Below, in pieces: positions 28,479-37,043 of a stretch of DNA of 64,000 nt; positions within the stretch are counted from its first letter, which is position 1, and every line of letters begins with the position of its first letter. This stretch comes from an uncultured Phycisphaeraceae bacterium (GTDB lineage Bacteria; Planctomycetota; Phycisphaerae; Phycisphaerales; UBA1924): assembly GCA_964588385.1 (NCBI GenBank), contig CAZPPG010000016.1:1060-65059 (forward strand). The letters run 5' to 3'. The notes below the pieces were generated by a model that ran no database searches, was not told the origin of the DNA, and was given only the letters and a program-made list of their open reading frames with translations. A program made the translations under genes and the position numbers.

Positions 28479-29189
28479 ATGAACAATCAGGAAGTCCTCA
28501 TCGAGCGGTTCTTCGAGTGTCTCATCAACGGTGACCGACCCGCGGCCCGCGCCCTCGTCACCGAGGCCGGAAAGGGCGGCGTCTCCGCACAGACTCTCAT
28601 CACCGATCTCTTCTGGCCAACATACGAGATGGTCGAGCGCCTCCACCGCAGCGACCAGCTCACCCATCTCGCATACCACTTCGCCACACGTCTCCTCCGC
28701 GTTCTCACCGACCAGACCGCTCAGAAACTCCGTCTCGTCGGCCAGAACGCCGGACGCACTGTCCTGGCCCTCAGCGGCCCCTCAGATGCCGATGACCTCG
28801 GTGCACAGATGGCAGTCGACCTCCTGGAAGCCGCCGGCTTCCAGGTCACGTTCGCCGGTGGGGGCGTCCCCACCGACGAGGTCATGGCGTTTGTCAACAA
28901 CAACCAGCCCGACGTCCTCCTCATGTTCGCCAGCGCGCCCTCGGATCTCCCAGAGGTCCGCGCCATCATCGATGCACTCGAAGAAATCGGCGCCGCACGC
29001 CAGACCCAGATTGTCGTCGGCGGCGGCGTCTTCAACCGCGCCGATGGCCTGGCTGAAGAAATCGGTGCCGACCTCTGGGCCAGCAACCCCCTCGATCTGG
29101 TCGATTCGCTCATCCACGACGCGGATCGCCGCGCCATCCCCGAGCAGCGCACTGTCGGACAGAAGAAGAAGCTGCGCGAAGCGGCTTGA
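28479..29189 (+). CDS. cobalamin-binding-domain-like protein (helical cap plus Rossmann-like B12-binding domain), His ligand absent
   Basis: 236 aa. An N-terminal helical bundle is followed by VLALSGPSDADDLGAQMAVDLLEAAGFQV...VLLMFASAP...VVGGGVF. The DxHxxG position reads D-A-D-D-L-G (28785-28802). Confidence 0.75.
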   Translation: MNNQEVLIERFFECLINGDRPAARALVTEAGKGGVSAQTLITDLFWPTYEMVERLHRSDQLTHLAYHFATRLLRVLTDQTAQKLRLVGQNAGRTVLALSGPSDADDLGAQMAVDLLEAAGFQVTFAGGGVPTDEVMAFVNNNQPDVLLMFASAPSDLPEVRAIIDALEEIGAARQTQIVVGGGVFNRADGLAEEIGADLWASNPLDLVDSLIHDADRRAIPEQRTVGQKKKLREAA

Positions 29190-29215
29190 TCCCGTCTCCC
29201 TCGCTCTCACTCCAG

Positions 29216-29250
29216 GCCGGTGTCGCAATCTGTTGCGCCACCGGCTTTTA
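29216..29250 (+). terminator. intrinsic terminator after the B12-binding-like gene
   Basis: GCCGGTG (29216-29222) pairs with CACCGGC (29239-29245). There is an inner GCAA/TTGC stem, followed directly by TTTT (29246-29249). Confidence 0.75.
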
Positions 29251-29414
29251 TGATTGCTCGTGTCTCATCGATTTGCCTCTGCGCGCTATGTACCAATCTG
29301 TCTCATTCTGTATTTGGTGTTTGTTTGTATTGTCAACTCCCTGTCACATCCTGCACCCGCCGGCAACGCTTTCCCGAATGAACCTGTAGACTCTTTCGCG
29401 GAAGGACCACGCGC
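29251..29414 (+). promoter_or_regulatory. AT-rich leader/promoter region upstream of the second ECF sigma gene
   Basis: Strikingly T/G-rich, low-GC stretch (ctgtctcattctgtatttggtgtttgtttgtattgtcaac). It has a TGTCA direct repeat (tgtcaactccctgtcaca) and a GAAC-containing element (aatgaacc) about 30 nt before the start codon. No clear ECF -10 (CGTC) was found. Confidence 0.3.
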
Positions 29415-30002
29415 ATGACACGAGCAGAGGAACTGCGGCTGATCCAACAGGCGGCGGCCGGTGACCGAGAGGCCGCGGGTGTCTTCATCAAGGCACACCA
29501 GCCAGCCCTGTTTGCGTATCTCCTCCGCATGTCGGGCCGACCCGATGTCGCCGAGGATATCGTGCAGGAGGCCTTCGTTCGCGTGCTCGCGAACCTCGAC
29601 AGGTTCGACAGCCGCTTCCGCTTCTCCACCTGGCTCTTCACCATCGCGCGTCGACTGTACCTCAACGCGTGCATGAAGCACAAGCCGACCTACGACACCG
29701 ACGTCGTGGGCGCGATCCACGCCGGTCGCGAGCTTCCGGAAGCGAGTGTCATCGGCGGCGAGGTGCACGACAACGCCAAAGACGCCCTCCAGGCCGCCCT
29801 TCTTGAGCTCTCGCCCGAACAGCGCGAAGTCCTCGTGCTGTTCCACCAGCTCGACTGGCCGATCTCCATCATCGCCCAGCACCTCAAGATGCCCGAGGGC
29901 ACCGTCAAGAGCCATCTGCACCGCGGCCGGCGCCGTATGCGCGAACTCCTCGAGCGCACCGAGCAGGGCCGCCAGTCCGTCGCGGAGGTATGGGTGTCGT
30001 GA
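29415..30002 (+). CDS. ECF-type RNA polymerase sigma-70 family factor
   Basis: 195 aa. Region 2 reads DVAEDIVQEAFVRVLANLDRFDSRFRFSTWLFTIARR. Region 4 reads SIIAQHLKMPEGTVKSHLHRGRRRMRELL. Confidence 0.9.
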   Translation: MTRAEELRLIQQAAAGDREAAGVFIKAHQPALFAYLLRMSGRPDVAEDIVQEAFVRVLANLDRFDSRFRFSTWLFTIARRLYLNACMKHKPTYDTDVVGAIHAGRELPEASVIGGEVHDNAKDALQAALLELSPEQREVLVLFHQLDWPISIIAQHLKMPEGTVKSHLHRGRRRMRELLERTEQGRQSVAEVWVS

Positions 30003-30760
30003 TGGACGCGGACCACACCAATCCGCTCCCGCCCGAGCCCCCTGAAGGCCCCATCCCCGATGAACTCGTGGATCGCTTCTTCGATCGAGAACTCGACGAC
30101 ACCGGTCGTGCCCGATTCATGCGTCGTCTGGACGACGATGCCCGAGTCTGCGAGCACGTCGCCAGGACCAACCGCTTGCTCACCCTCCTCAAGAGAGGTG
30201 TCCGCGCCCCGGATCTCACCGATTCCATCCTCGACCGCGTCGATCATCTCCGCGGCTTCGTCCCCCCGAAAGAACGCAAGCTCATCCGTTTCGGCCGCCT
30301 CGCCGTCGCCGCCATGCTCTTCGGTGTGATCGCCGGCGCGGTGGTCGTGCAGCGCCGCGCGCCGGAGGTCGTCGAACTGGCTGGCATGCCCACGCCGGTC
30401 CGCGACGTCGCCCGGGCCGCCGCCAAAGAGGCCGACACGCTCTTCCGCAGCGCCTCGCCCGCCCAGCTTGCCCAACGCGTTCCATCCGATGAAGCCGCCG
30501 CCGAACTGGACATGTGGGGCCCGCGCCACCTGGACGCCCAGGCACAGGCCGTGGTCTCCTGGTCGCTCTCGCCCGTCGCCGCATGCCGCACCGAAGAGAC
30601 CGAAGTCACCCACGCACTCGTCTTGATCGGCAATCGCGTCATCGTGATCGGCGACACTGCGGACTTCAGATCCCAGCGCGCCTCTCTCGCGCCCATCACC
30701 TTCGGCGCCCGCGTGCCGCTCCCGAGCGTGCGCTCGAGCGGATTCCGCGATCTGCCGTGA
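30002..30760 (+). CDS. putative anti-sigma factor (single-pass membrane protein)
   Basis: ATG 30002 shares one nt with the sigma stop (TGATG). GTG 29999 or ATG 29990 are alternatives. The N-terminal helical region (FDRELDDTGRARFMRRLDDDARVCEHV) is followed by one TM helix (LAVAAMLFGVIAGAVVV). The call also rests on position downstream of the sigma gene. Confidence 0.65.
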   Translation: MDADHTNPLPPEPPEGPIPDELVDRFFDRELDDTGRARFMRRLDDDARVCEHVARTNRLLTLLKRGVRAPDLTDSILDRVDHLRGFVPPKERKLIRFGRLAVAAMLFGVIAGAVVVQRRAPEVVELAGMPTPVRDVARAAAKEADTLFRSASPAQLAQRVPSDEAAAELDMWGPRHLDAQAQAVVSWSLSPVAACRTEETEVTHALVLIGNRVIVIGDTADFRSQRASLAPITFGARVPLPSVRSSGFRDLP

Positions 30761-32517
30761 TCCTTTCCCGTTTCTCCAACTCGCCTTTGCGTCGCGCCCT
30801 GCCGCTCATCCTCGCGGCTCTGGCGGTCCATATCTTCCCGCTCTCCCCGTTCACTCCTCCGGCCGCCGCGATGCGCAGCGAGGACGCGGCCTGTACCGCC
30901 ACGGCCCCCGGAGCCGCCGCAGCGCTCGCGCCCGCGTCGGCCGATGTCGTCATCGTCATCGACCGCGCGGCGGATATCGCCGCCGCCCCAAGGGGCCGCG
31001 CCGCCCTTCGCGTCCTGCAGGAGTTCGGACTCTTCGCCGACTCGGCGATCGCATGGAACGAACTCGCCGCCGCGCTCGGCATGAACCCTGACGAGGCGCT
31101 CCGTACTGTCGCTGGCGAGCGCGTGATGCTCATCATCCGCGGCGAGACGGCCGAAAGCCCCAGCGCGTGGGCTCTCATCACGCACGTCGCGCCCCAGACC
31201 GAGCGACTCATCCGCGAGCGACTCAAGCCCGTTCCCAAGCACATCGCCCACGGCCAGCCCGTGCTCATGCTCGAGAACGGCCGGTTCCTGCTTGCCACCC
31301 GCGCCGATCGCGCTTCGCGAGATCGTGGAGGACAGGCCGCGCTGCTCATCGCCTCCTCACACGCGTCGGATCTGTTTGAGTCCTGTCTCCCGATTCTCTC
31401 CGGCAAGCCCGCCGCCAACCCCCTCTCGGCCGATCCCCTCGCATCGCTCGCCTGTGGGCCCCTTCCGCCCAACCAAGCCCAACCCCAACCCGACCCCGCT
31501 CGCGAGCCCGACGCCTTCATTCTGTACCGCCCGCGACTGACCGTTGAGCCAGACGCGCCCCGCACGCTCCTCACCATCACCTGCTCCAGCGCACCCGACT
31601 TCGCCGAGGGATGGATCGCCACCGTCGCCTGTGCGCCCAACTTCCTCGGTGATCCCGCATCGGTCGCGCAACCCGGCACGCCGGAACCCCTCTTCCGCGC
31701 CGCAGCCGAGCACGCCGTCCTCGCGTTCGCCGCTCCGGTCTCCAGCAATCGCGATGTAGGCTCCGGCTTCGCCCGCATCCTCTACCGTTTCATGTCCGAT
31801 GTCGCGCCACTCTTTAAGGGCCAGGGGCTGGTCTCACTCCGCGAGCGCCCAACAGGCGCCCACACCCCCCCGGCACTCGAACTGCTCATCGGTTCCGCTC
31901 TCCAGCCCGCACCCGACGTCAAGGCCGATTTCGACGGTGGCATGTCGTCCCTTATCAATCGACTCGCCCGCGCCGACATCGCGCTCGTCGAGGCCCACGA
32001 TTTCGAGGGCCGATTTCCCGCTGCCGTCAGGGAGGCCGACCTTTCCCCGCGCTCGCTCTCACTGCTCGGCCCCATGATCGGTGCCGCCCCGGTGGCTCGC
32101 TGGTGCTTCGCCGATCCCGACCGCGACGAGGATCCGACCTGGTGGCTCGCCCAGATCGCCGCCCGTGTTCCCGGCTCCGACGGCTCCGCCCTTCGCGCTG
32201 TCGCCGCCACGCTCACGCCCGATCCCGAAGGCGTCGTTGGGGCGCCGCCCATCGCCCGCTTCACGACCATCGGGCTTATCCGACCCGATGCCATGCACCG
32301 GCTCTTCCCCCCCGTCATCCGCACCGTCGCGCCCGTGCTCGCTCCTCTCCGCTGGACCCAGTCCATCGAGTGGCGAGCCACCCTTCACGACGACGGCCTC
32401 GTGCGAGGCGCCGCCTCCATTCGCTTCCTCCCGGAAGCCGCCGAGCCGTCGCTCCCGCCGGCCAACTCATCCGCGCGACCCGCCGACGCGCCCGCAGGTC
32501 GTATAAACTCGCGCTGA
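30757..32517 (+). CDS. hypothetical secreted/membrane-anchored protein
   Basis: GTG 30757 overlaps the anti-sigma stop (GTGA) and gives a signal-like VILSRFSNSPLRRALPLILAALAVHIFPL. About 586 aa with ordinary globular composition and no motif I recognise. The competing antisense ORF (30696..31778) is S/R/A junk. Confidence 0.65.
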   Translation: MILSRFSNSPLRRALPLILAALAVHIFPLSPFTPPAAAMRSEDAACTATAPGAAAALAPASADVVIVIDRAADIAAAPRGRAALRVLQEFGLFADSAIAWNELAAALGMNPDEALRTVAGERVMLIIRGETAESPSAWALITHVAPQTERLIRERLKPVPKHIAHGQPVLMLENGRFLLATRADRASRDRGGQAALLIASSHASDLFESCLPILSGKPAANPLSADPLASLACGPLPPNQAQPQPDPAREPDAFILYRPRLTVEPDAPRTLLTITCSSAPDFAEGWIATVACAPNFLGDPASVAQPGTPEPLFRAAAEHAVLAFAAPVSSNRDVGSGFARILYRFMSDVAPLFKGQGLVSLRERPTGAHTPPALELLIGSALQPAPDVKADFDGGMSSLINRLARADIALVEAHDFEGRFPAAVREADLSPRSLSLLGPMIGAAPVARWCFADPDRDEDPTWWLAQIAARVPGSDGSALRAVAATLTPDPEGVVGAPPIARFTTIGLIRPDAMHRLFPPVIRTVAPVLAPLRWTQSIEWRATLHDDGLVRGAASIRFLPEAAEPSLPPANSSARPADAPAGRINSR

Positions 32518-34085
32518 TGGCTCTCCTCGGCATCGACGTCGGCACATCCTCGCTCAAGGTCGTCATCGCCTCCGAGCGTGGCGACATCCTCGCCGTCGCG
32601 TCCGCCGACTATGCCGTCTCCCGTCCGCACCCCGGCTGGTCCGAGCAGGATCCCGAACTCTGGTGGCAGGCCGTCCGCATCGCAATCCCCGCCGCACTCG
32701 CCGCCGCCCCGATCGACGCTCGCGACATCCGTGCGATCGGACTCAGCGGCCAGATGCACGGCTCCGTCATCCTCGACGAGCGCACCGTTTCCTCCCGCGG
32801 CTCACTCGGCCGGGCCATCCGCCCCGCCCTCCTCTGGAACGATCAGCGCACCGCCACCGAATGCGCTCGCATCGAGTCCCGCGCCGGCGGCCGCCGCGAG
32901 CTCGTCGATCTCGTCGGCAACGCCGCCCTCACCGGCTTCTCACTCCCCAAGCTCCTCTGGCTCCAATCTCACGAACCCGAGCATGCCGCGCGGATCGCCT
33001 CCTTCATGCTTCCCAAAGACTACATCGGCTTCCGATTGACCGGACTCTGCGCCACCGATGTCGGCGACGCCTCGGGTACACTGCTCATCGACCCCGACAC
33101 CCGCGCATGGAGCAGCCGCGCCTGCGCCCTCTTCGGCATTGACCCCGCCATTCTCCCGTCGCTCCACGAATCCGGCAGCATCGTCGGCACGGTCACCGAT
33201 TGGGCCGCAAACGAACTCGGCCTCACGTCCGGCACACCCGTCATCGCTGGCTCCGGCGACAACCAGGCCGGCGCCATCGGCGCGGGTATCGTCGGACCAG
33301 GACAGGTCCTCGCCACGCTCGGCACCAGCGGCGTCATCTATGCACACGCCGACCAGCCCCGCCGCGACATCGGACATTCGCTTGAGACCTCCGGCCGACT
33401 CCACACCATGTGCGCCGCCGACGGCACACCCAACTCCCGCGGCCATTGGTCCCTCACCGGGTGCACACTCTCCGCCGCCGGCGCGCTCCAGTGGGCACGC
33501 GACACCATCGCACCGGACACTCCCTACGACACGCTGATCGAAGAAGCCGCACGCGTCGAGCCCGGAGCTCGCGGCCTGCTCTTCATGCCGCATCTCACCG
33601 GCGAGCGCTGCCCTTACCCCGATCCCGAAGCCCGCGGCGCGTGGATCGGCCTCACCGCACGCCACACCCGCGCGCACCTCATCCGCGCCGTCATCGAGGG
33701 CGTCACATTCACGATGGCTCAGATTCTCGATCTCGTCCGCGCCGCCGGTGTCGAGGTCCGCTCCGTTCGTCTCGGCGGTGGGGGGGCTCGCTCGCGCTTC
33801 TGGAGGCAACTCCAGGCCGATCTCTACAACGCCCCCGTCGCCACCACGAACACCGAGCAGGGGCCCGCATTCGGCGCGGCTCTGCTCGCCGGCGTCGGCA
33901 TCGGCGTCTGGGCACATGTCACCGAGGCCGCGGGCGCCTGCGTCCACGAGACCGAACGCATCGAGCCGGATCCGAAGCGGGCGCAAAGTTACAGCCCGGC
34001 GCGGGAGGCGTTCGCCGGGCTGCACGCGGGATTGCAATCAACCTTCAAGTCGCTCGGCGCCATCGATCGTGCGGCTGACTCTTGA
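32517..34085 (+). CDS. xylB: xylulokinase
   Basis: ATG 32517 (MALLGIDVGTSSLKVV). Contains RPHPGWSEQDPELWWQA, GLSGQMHG, LLWNDQR, LPKDYIGFRLTG, AGSGDNQAGAIG and GGGARS. Collinear with E. coli XylB. Confidence 0.9.
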   Translation: MALLGIDVGTSSLKVVIASERGDILAVASADYAVSRPHPGWSEQDPELWWQAVRIAIPAALAAAPIDARDIRAIGLSGQMHGSVILDERTVSSRGSLGRAIRPALLWNDQRTATECARIESRAGGRRELVDLVGNAALTGFSLPKLLWLQSHEPEHAARIASFMLPKDYIGFRLTGLCATDVGDASGTLLIDPDTRAWSSRACALFGIDPAILPSLHESGSIVGTVTDWAANELGLTSGTPVIAGSGDNQAGAIGAGIVGPGQVLATLGTSGVIYAHADQPRRDIGHSLETSGRLHTMCAADGTPNSRGHWSLTGCTLSAAGALQWARDTIAPDTPYDTLIEEAARVEPGARGLLFMPHLTGERCPYPDPEARGAWIGLTARHTRAHLIRAVIEGVTFTMAQILDLVRAAGVEVRSVRLGGGGARSRFWRQLQADLYNAPVATTNTEQGPAFGAALLAGVGIGVWAHVTEAAGACVHETERIEPDPKRAQSYSPAREAFAGLHAGLQSTFKSLGAIDRAADS

Positions 34086-34226
34086 ACAGCTTCGCCTGAC
34101 CGTCCAACCCGATCGACTCCGCATGAAGTATGCGATCTATCCGTGATCACACCAGCCATTCACGTGTCCACCGGACATCCCGGGCCAGTCTGTGCCGCGT
34201 GTGACGCCTATGCCGCGCAAGTCGCG

Positions 34227-34255
34227 CGGGAGCCCCCATCAAGCAGGGGCTCCCG
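34227..34255. terminator. perfect 10-bp hairpin between convergent genes (possible bidirectional terminator, no U-tract)
   Basis: CGGGAGCCCC (34227-34236) pairs with GGGGCTCCCG (34246-34255), with a 9-nt loop. It lies between xylB (+) and the PEP-CTERM gene (-). Confidence 0.4.
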
Positions 34256-34300
34256 GCGCGGGGACAAGGGGCATGTTGATTCAATCGCCTGTCTGAGTAT

Positions 34301-35026
34301 TCAGCGGCGACGACGCCCGAGCATCGCCACGCCGCCCATCGCAAGGGCAAGAGGACCCGGCGCGGGGACCACCGTCGTCGAGATACGCACGTTGTCAATG
34401 CCCCACGACTCATCGCTCATTGTCTGAAGGTTCACGCCCGCGAAGTCGAACCACATCCACCTCGTGCCCTGGGCCAGCGTGAAGTCGATCGAGATGTTCC
34501 GATAGATCGCGTCCTTCCAGGCCGGCGAGTAGCCCAGGTGAACCGGGCCCACATCCGCAACCCGGAAGGACTGTGTAAGCCCATCGCCGGTCGCGAACGT
34601 CTCGCTGAGCTTGAGTGCGTCATTCACATAGACGCGGAAGAAATCGGGGCCCTGCGGACCATTACCGTCCCAGGAGTCGATCGTGTAAAGGTCAAAGGTC
34701 AGGTTGTAGACGCGGTACGAGGCCCCACCTCCGCCGCCGCCACCTCCGCCGCCACCTCCACCACCGTTGTCATCGTTGGTGCCAGTCCCCGCCGTGCGAT
34801 ACTCCGGCGGAATCGGAAGCACGAGTCGGACCGGCTCATTCGTCTTGCGGCCCATGAACTTCGTGAATGTCGTGTTCGTCGCGTCGATCCGCGCACTCGC
34901 CGACCATTCCGTACCAAGCGTCCCGCTCTCGAACGTGTTCGTGTAGAGCACGTCCGCGTGAGCAACCGTGCCAAGAAGAAGCGACGCAGACATAGCCGAC
35001 GCAAAGACGCGAAGTCCCGAGCCCAT
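34301..35026 (-). CDS. PEP-CTERM sorting-domain secreted protein
   Basis: Signal peptide MGSGLRVFASAMSASLLLGTVAHA. C-terminal VPAPGPLALAMGGVAMLGRRRR (PEP-like motif, TM helix, basic tail). An internal run of 14 Gly is present. Confidence 0.85.
   Translation of the reverse strand: MGSGLRVFASAMSASLLLGTVAHADVLYTNTFESGTLGTEWSASARIDATNTTFTKFMGRKTNEPVRLVLPIPPEYRTAGTGTNDDNGGGGGGGGGGGGGGASYRVYNLTFDLYTIDSWDGNGPQGPDFFRVYVNDALKLSETFATGDGLTQSFRVADVGPVHLGYSPAWKDAIYRNISIDFTLAQGTRWMWFDFAGVNLQTMSDESWGIDNVRISTTVVPAPGPLALAMGGVAMLGRRRR
34724..34765 (-). repeat. 14-codon GGN (poly-glycine) tract
   Basis: The plus strand reads cccacctccgccgccgccacctccgccgccacctccaccacc, which is 14 consecutive Gly codons on the minus strand. 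Confidence 0.9.
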
Positions 35027-35275
35027 ACATCACCTCTTGAGTTGTGCGGGCCAGTTTCCTCGCGGCGATCCCGCCGGGGCCCCTGAGACTGGTTGGCTCC
35101 GCTCCGGAGCCGCGGGCAATCGCCCGGCTCCAGACAGCATGCCACACACCAGTGAGATGACCAGCATGGGGGCGTCGCGCCAGGGGTCGGGGTCCCGGCC
35201 GTGAGGCGCAGGCAAGCTGGAGAATCAAGATCCAGCCAATCGAAGCGGTTACCGGGCTGCGGAACGATCAGGAAC

Positions 35276-37000
35276 TCAGCGCGTCGTGAACTCGCCCCGC
35301 AGCACCAGCTTGTCCGCGCTCGTCACCCGCACCGGCACGATACGTCCGATCATCCCCGCTGCCGCCGCGCCCGGTGACTCGACGAACACGATCAGATCTC
35401 CATCCGTGCGCCCCGCGAGCTGCACCATCTCTTCTGCACTGCCGGCTTCCGATGCGTCAGCCGCGCTGCCTGTCCCGTCCGCGCCATGCACGTGGCTGCA
35501 CCCGTTGCCGCACGCGCCATCCGCATCGTCCGCCCCCACACCCTTGCCTCCGACGGTCAGCGTCACCGCGCCCGCCTTGCGGATTTGCCCCTGTGTCACG
35601 CCCTGCCGCTTCAACTGCTGCTTGCTCACACCCTCGATCATCACCTCGAACGTCCGCCCCACCTGCTCGCGAGCGATCGCGTCGCTGATCTGGTTCTGCA
35701 CGGCCAGCAACGCGTTGTTCCGCCGCCGCTTCACATCCTCCGGCACATCATCCGGGATCTTGTCGAACGCGACCGTGCCCGGGCGCGGCGAGTACTTGAA
35801 GATGAACGAGTTCTTGTACCGCGCGCGTCGCACGAGGTCGACGGTTGCTTCAAAGTCCGCTTCCGTCTCTGTCGGGAAGCCGACGATGAAGTCCCCTGAC
35901 ACCATGAGCGGCCGCCCGATCTCCGGCTGGTCCAGAAACGTTCGGGCCCGATCCAGAAACTCGAGGTACTCCGACACCGAGTACCCGCGATTCATCATCT
36001 TCAGCATGCGATCCGAGCCCGACTGCGCCGGCACGTGCAGGTACCTGCAGATCCGCGGATGATCGCGGATCACCTGCAGGACATCGTCGCCGAAATCTCT
36101 GGGATAGCTGGTCACAAACCGCAGCCGCCGAATTCCCGGCACTTCTTCGTGGATGCGGGCGAGCAGGTCCGCGAACGTGGTCACGCCCGCGCCGCGAAAG
36201 GGATCGGCCCGGTGGCCGCCGGTGTACGCGCGGCCCTTCTGGGGCTGCGTCACGCCGTTCACGGCGACGGCGGCTCCGTGCTCGAAGCGATAGTGGTTCA
36301 CCGTCTGCCCGAGGAGCGTGACCTCGATCACGCCCGCGTCGGCCAGACGCTTGCACTCGTCGATGATGTGCTCGGGCGGCCTGTGAATCTCCGCCCCGCG
36401 CGTGAACGGCACCACGCAGTACGTGCAGAACTTGTTGCAACCACGCGTGATCCGCACGTAGGCGGTGCCGCCGTGGTCGGTGGGGGAGACCGAACGCGAG
36501 AGGTCGAGCAGCTCCAGCGAATCCTCCGCCGCGGCGAGCGTCGCCGACCGCCGGCTGGTGTTCCCCTGGAGCGCGACTTGCTTCGCCGACGTCGGCTCTT
36601 TCTTCTTCTCCGTCCGCTCAGGCTGCTCGCCGAGTTTCGTCCTCACCGCGTTGTCCAGGAGCGACGGCAGCTTGTCCAGCTCTCCCGGCCCGCACATCAC
36701 ATCCACCACGGGCATCCGCTTGATCAGATCAACCCCGTCCCGCTCCGCCAGACACCCAAGCACCCCGACCACCAGCCCCGGCTGCTCCAACTTCCGGCTC
36801 TTGAGTTCGCCCAAGCGGCTCCACACCTTCTGCTCCGCCTGCTCACGCACCGAGCAGGTGTTGTACAGCACCACATCCGCGCCCGCGGCATTGGTCGTAA
36901 ACGCATACCCCAGGGCGCGCAGCTGCCCCGCCACGAGCTCCGAGTCGAGCTCGTTCATCTGGCAGCCGAAGGTCTCGAGATAGACGGTGCGTTGGGCCAT
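35276..37000 (-). CDS. miaB: tRNA-2-methylthio-N6-dimethylallyladenosine synthase
   Basis: Begins VYLETFGCQMNELDSE. Radical-SAM cluster GCNKFCTYCVVP. A C-terminal TRAM region carries an insertion. Confidence 0.95.
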   Translation of the reverse strand: MAQRTVYLETFGCQMNELDSELVAGQLRALGYAFTTNAAGADVVLYNTCSVREQAEQKVWSRLGELKSRKLEQPGLVVGVLGCLAERDGVDLIKRMPVVDVMCGPGELDKLPSLLDNAVRTKLGEQPERTEKKKEPTSAKQVALQGNTSRRSATLAAAEDSLELLDLSRSVSPTDHGGTAYVRITRGCNKFCTYCVVPFTRGAEIHRPPEHIIDECKRLADAGVIEVTLLGQTVNHYRFEHGAAVAVNGVTQPQKGRAYTGGHRADPFRGAGVTTFADLLARIHEEVPGIRRLRFVTSYPRDFGDDVLQVIRDHPRICRYLHVPAQSGSDRMLKMMNRGYSVSEYLEFLDRARTFLDQPEIGRPLMVSGDFIVGFPTETEADFEATVDLVRRARYKNSFIFKYSPRPGTVAFDKIPDDVPEDVKRRRNNALLAVQNQISDAIAREQVGRTFEVMIEGVSKQQLKRQGVTQGQIRKAGAVTLTVGGKGVGADDADGACGNGCSHVHGADGTGSAADASEAGSAEEMVQLAGRTDGDLIVFVESPGAAAAGMIGRIVPVRVTSADKLVLRGEFTTR

Positions 37001-37043
37001 GAGCCGGAAGTTTATGCCTCCGTCGCGTCACGCACGTCGATCG

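Noticed and set aside
29186-29389. 67-aa ORF in the AT-rich patch upstream of the second ECF sigma.
   Set aside because: The Cys/Leu/Ser-rich translation looks like a by-product of T-rich DNA. The ORF begins inside the preceding gene's end and runs through its terminator, and it has no SD.
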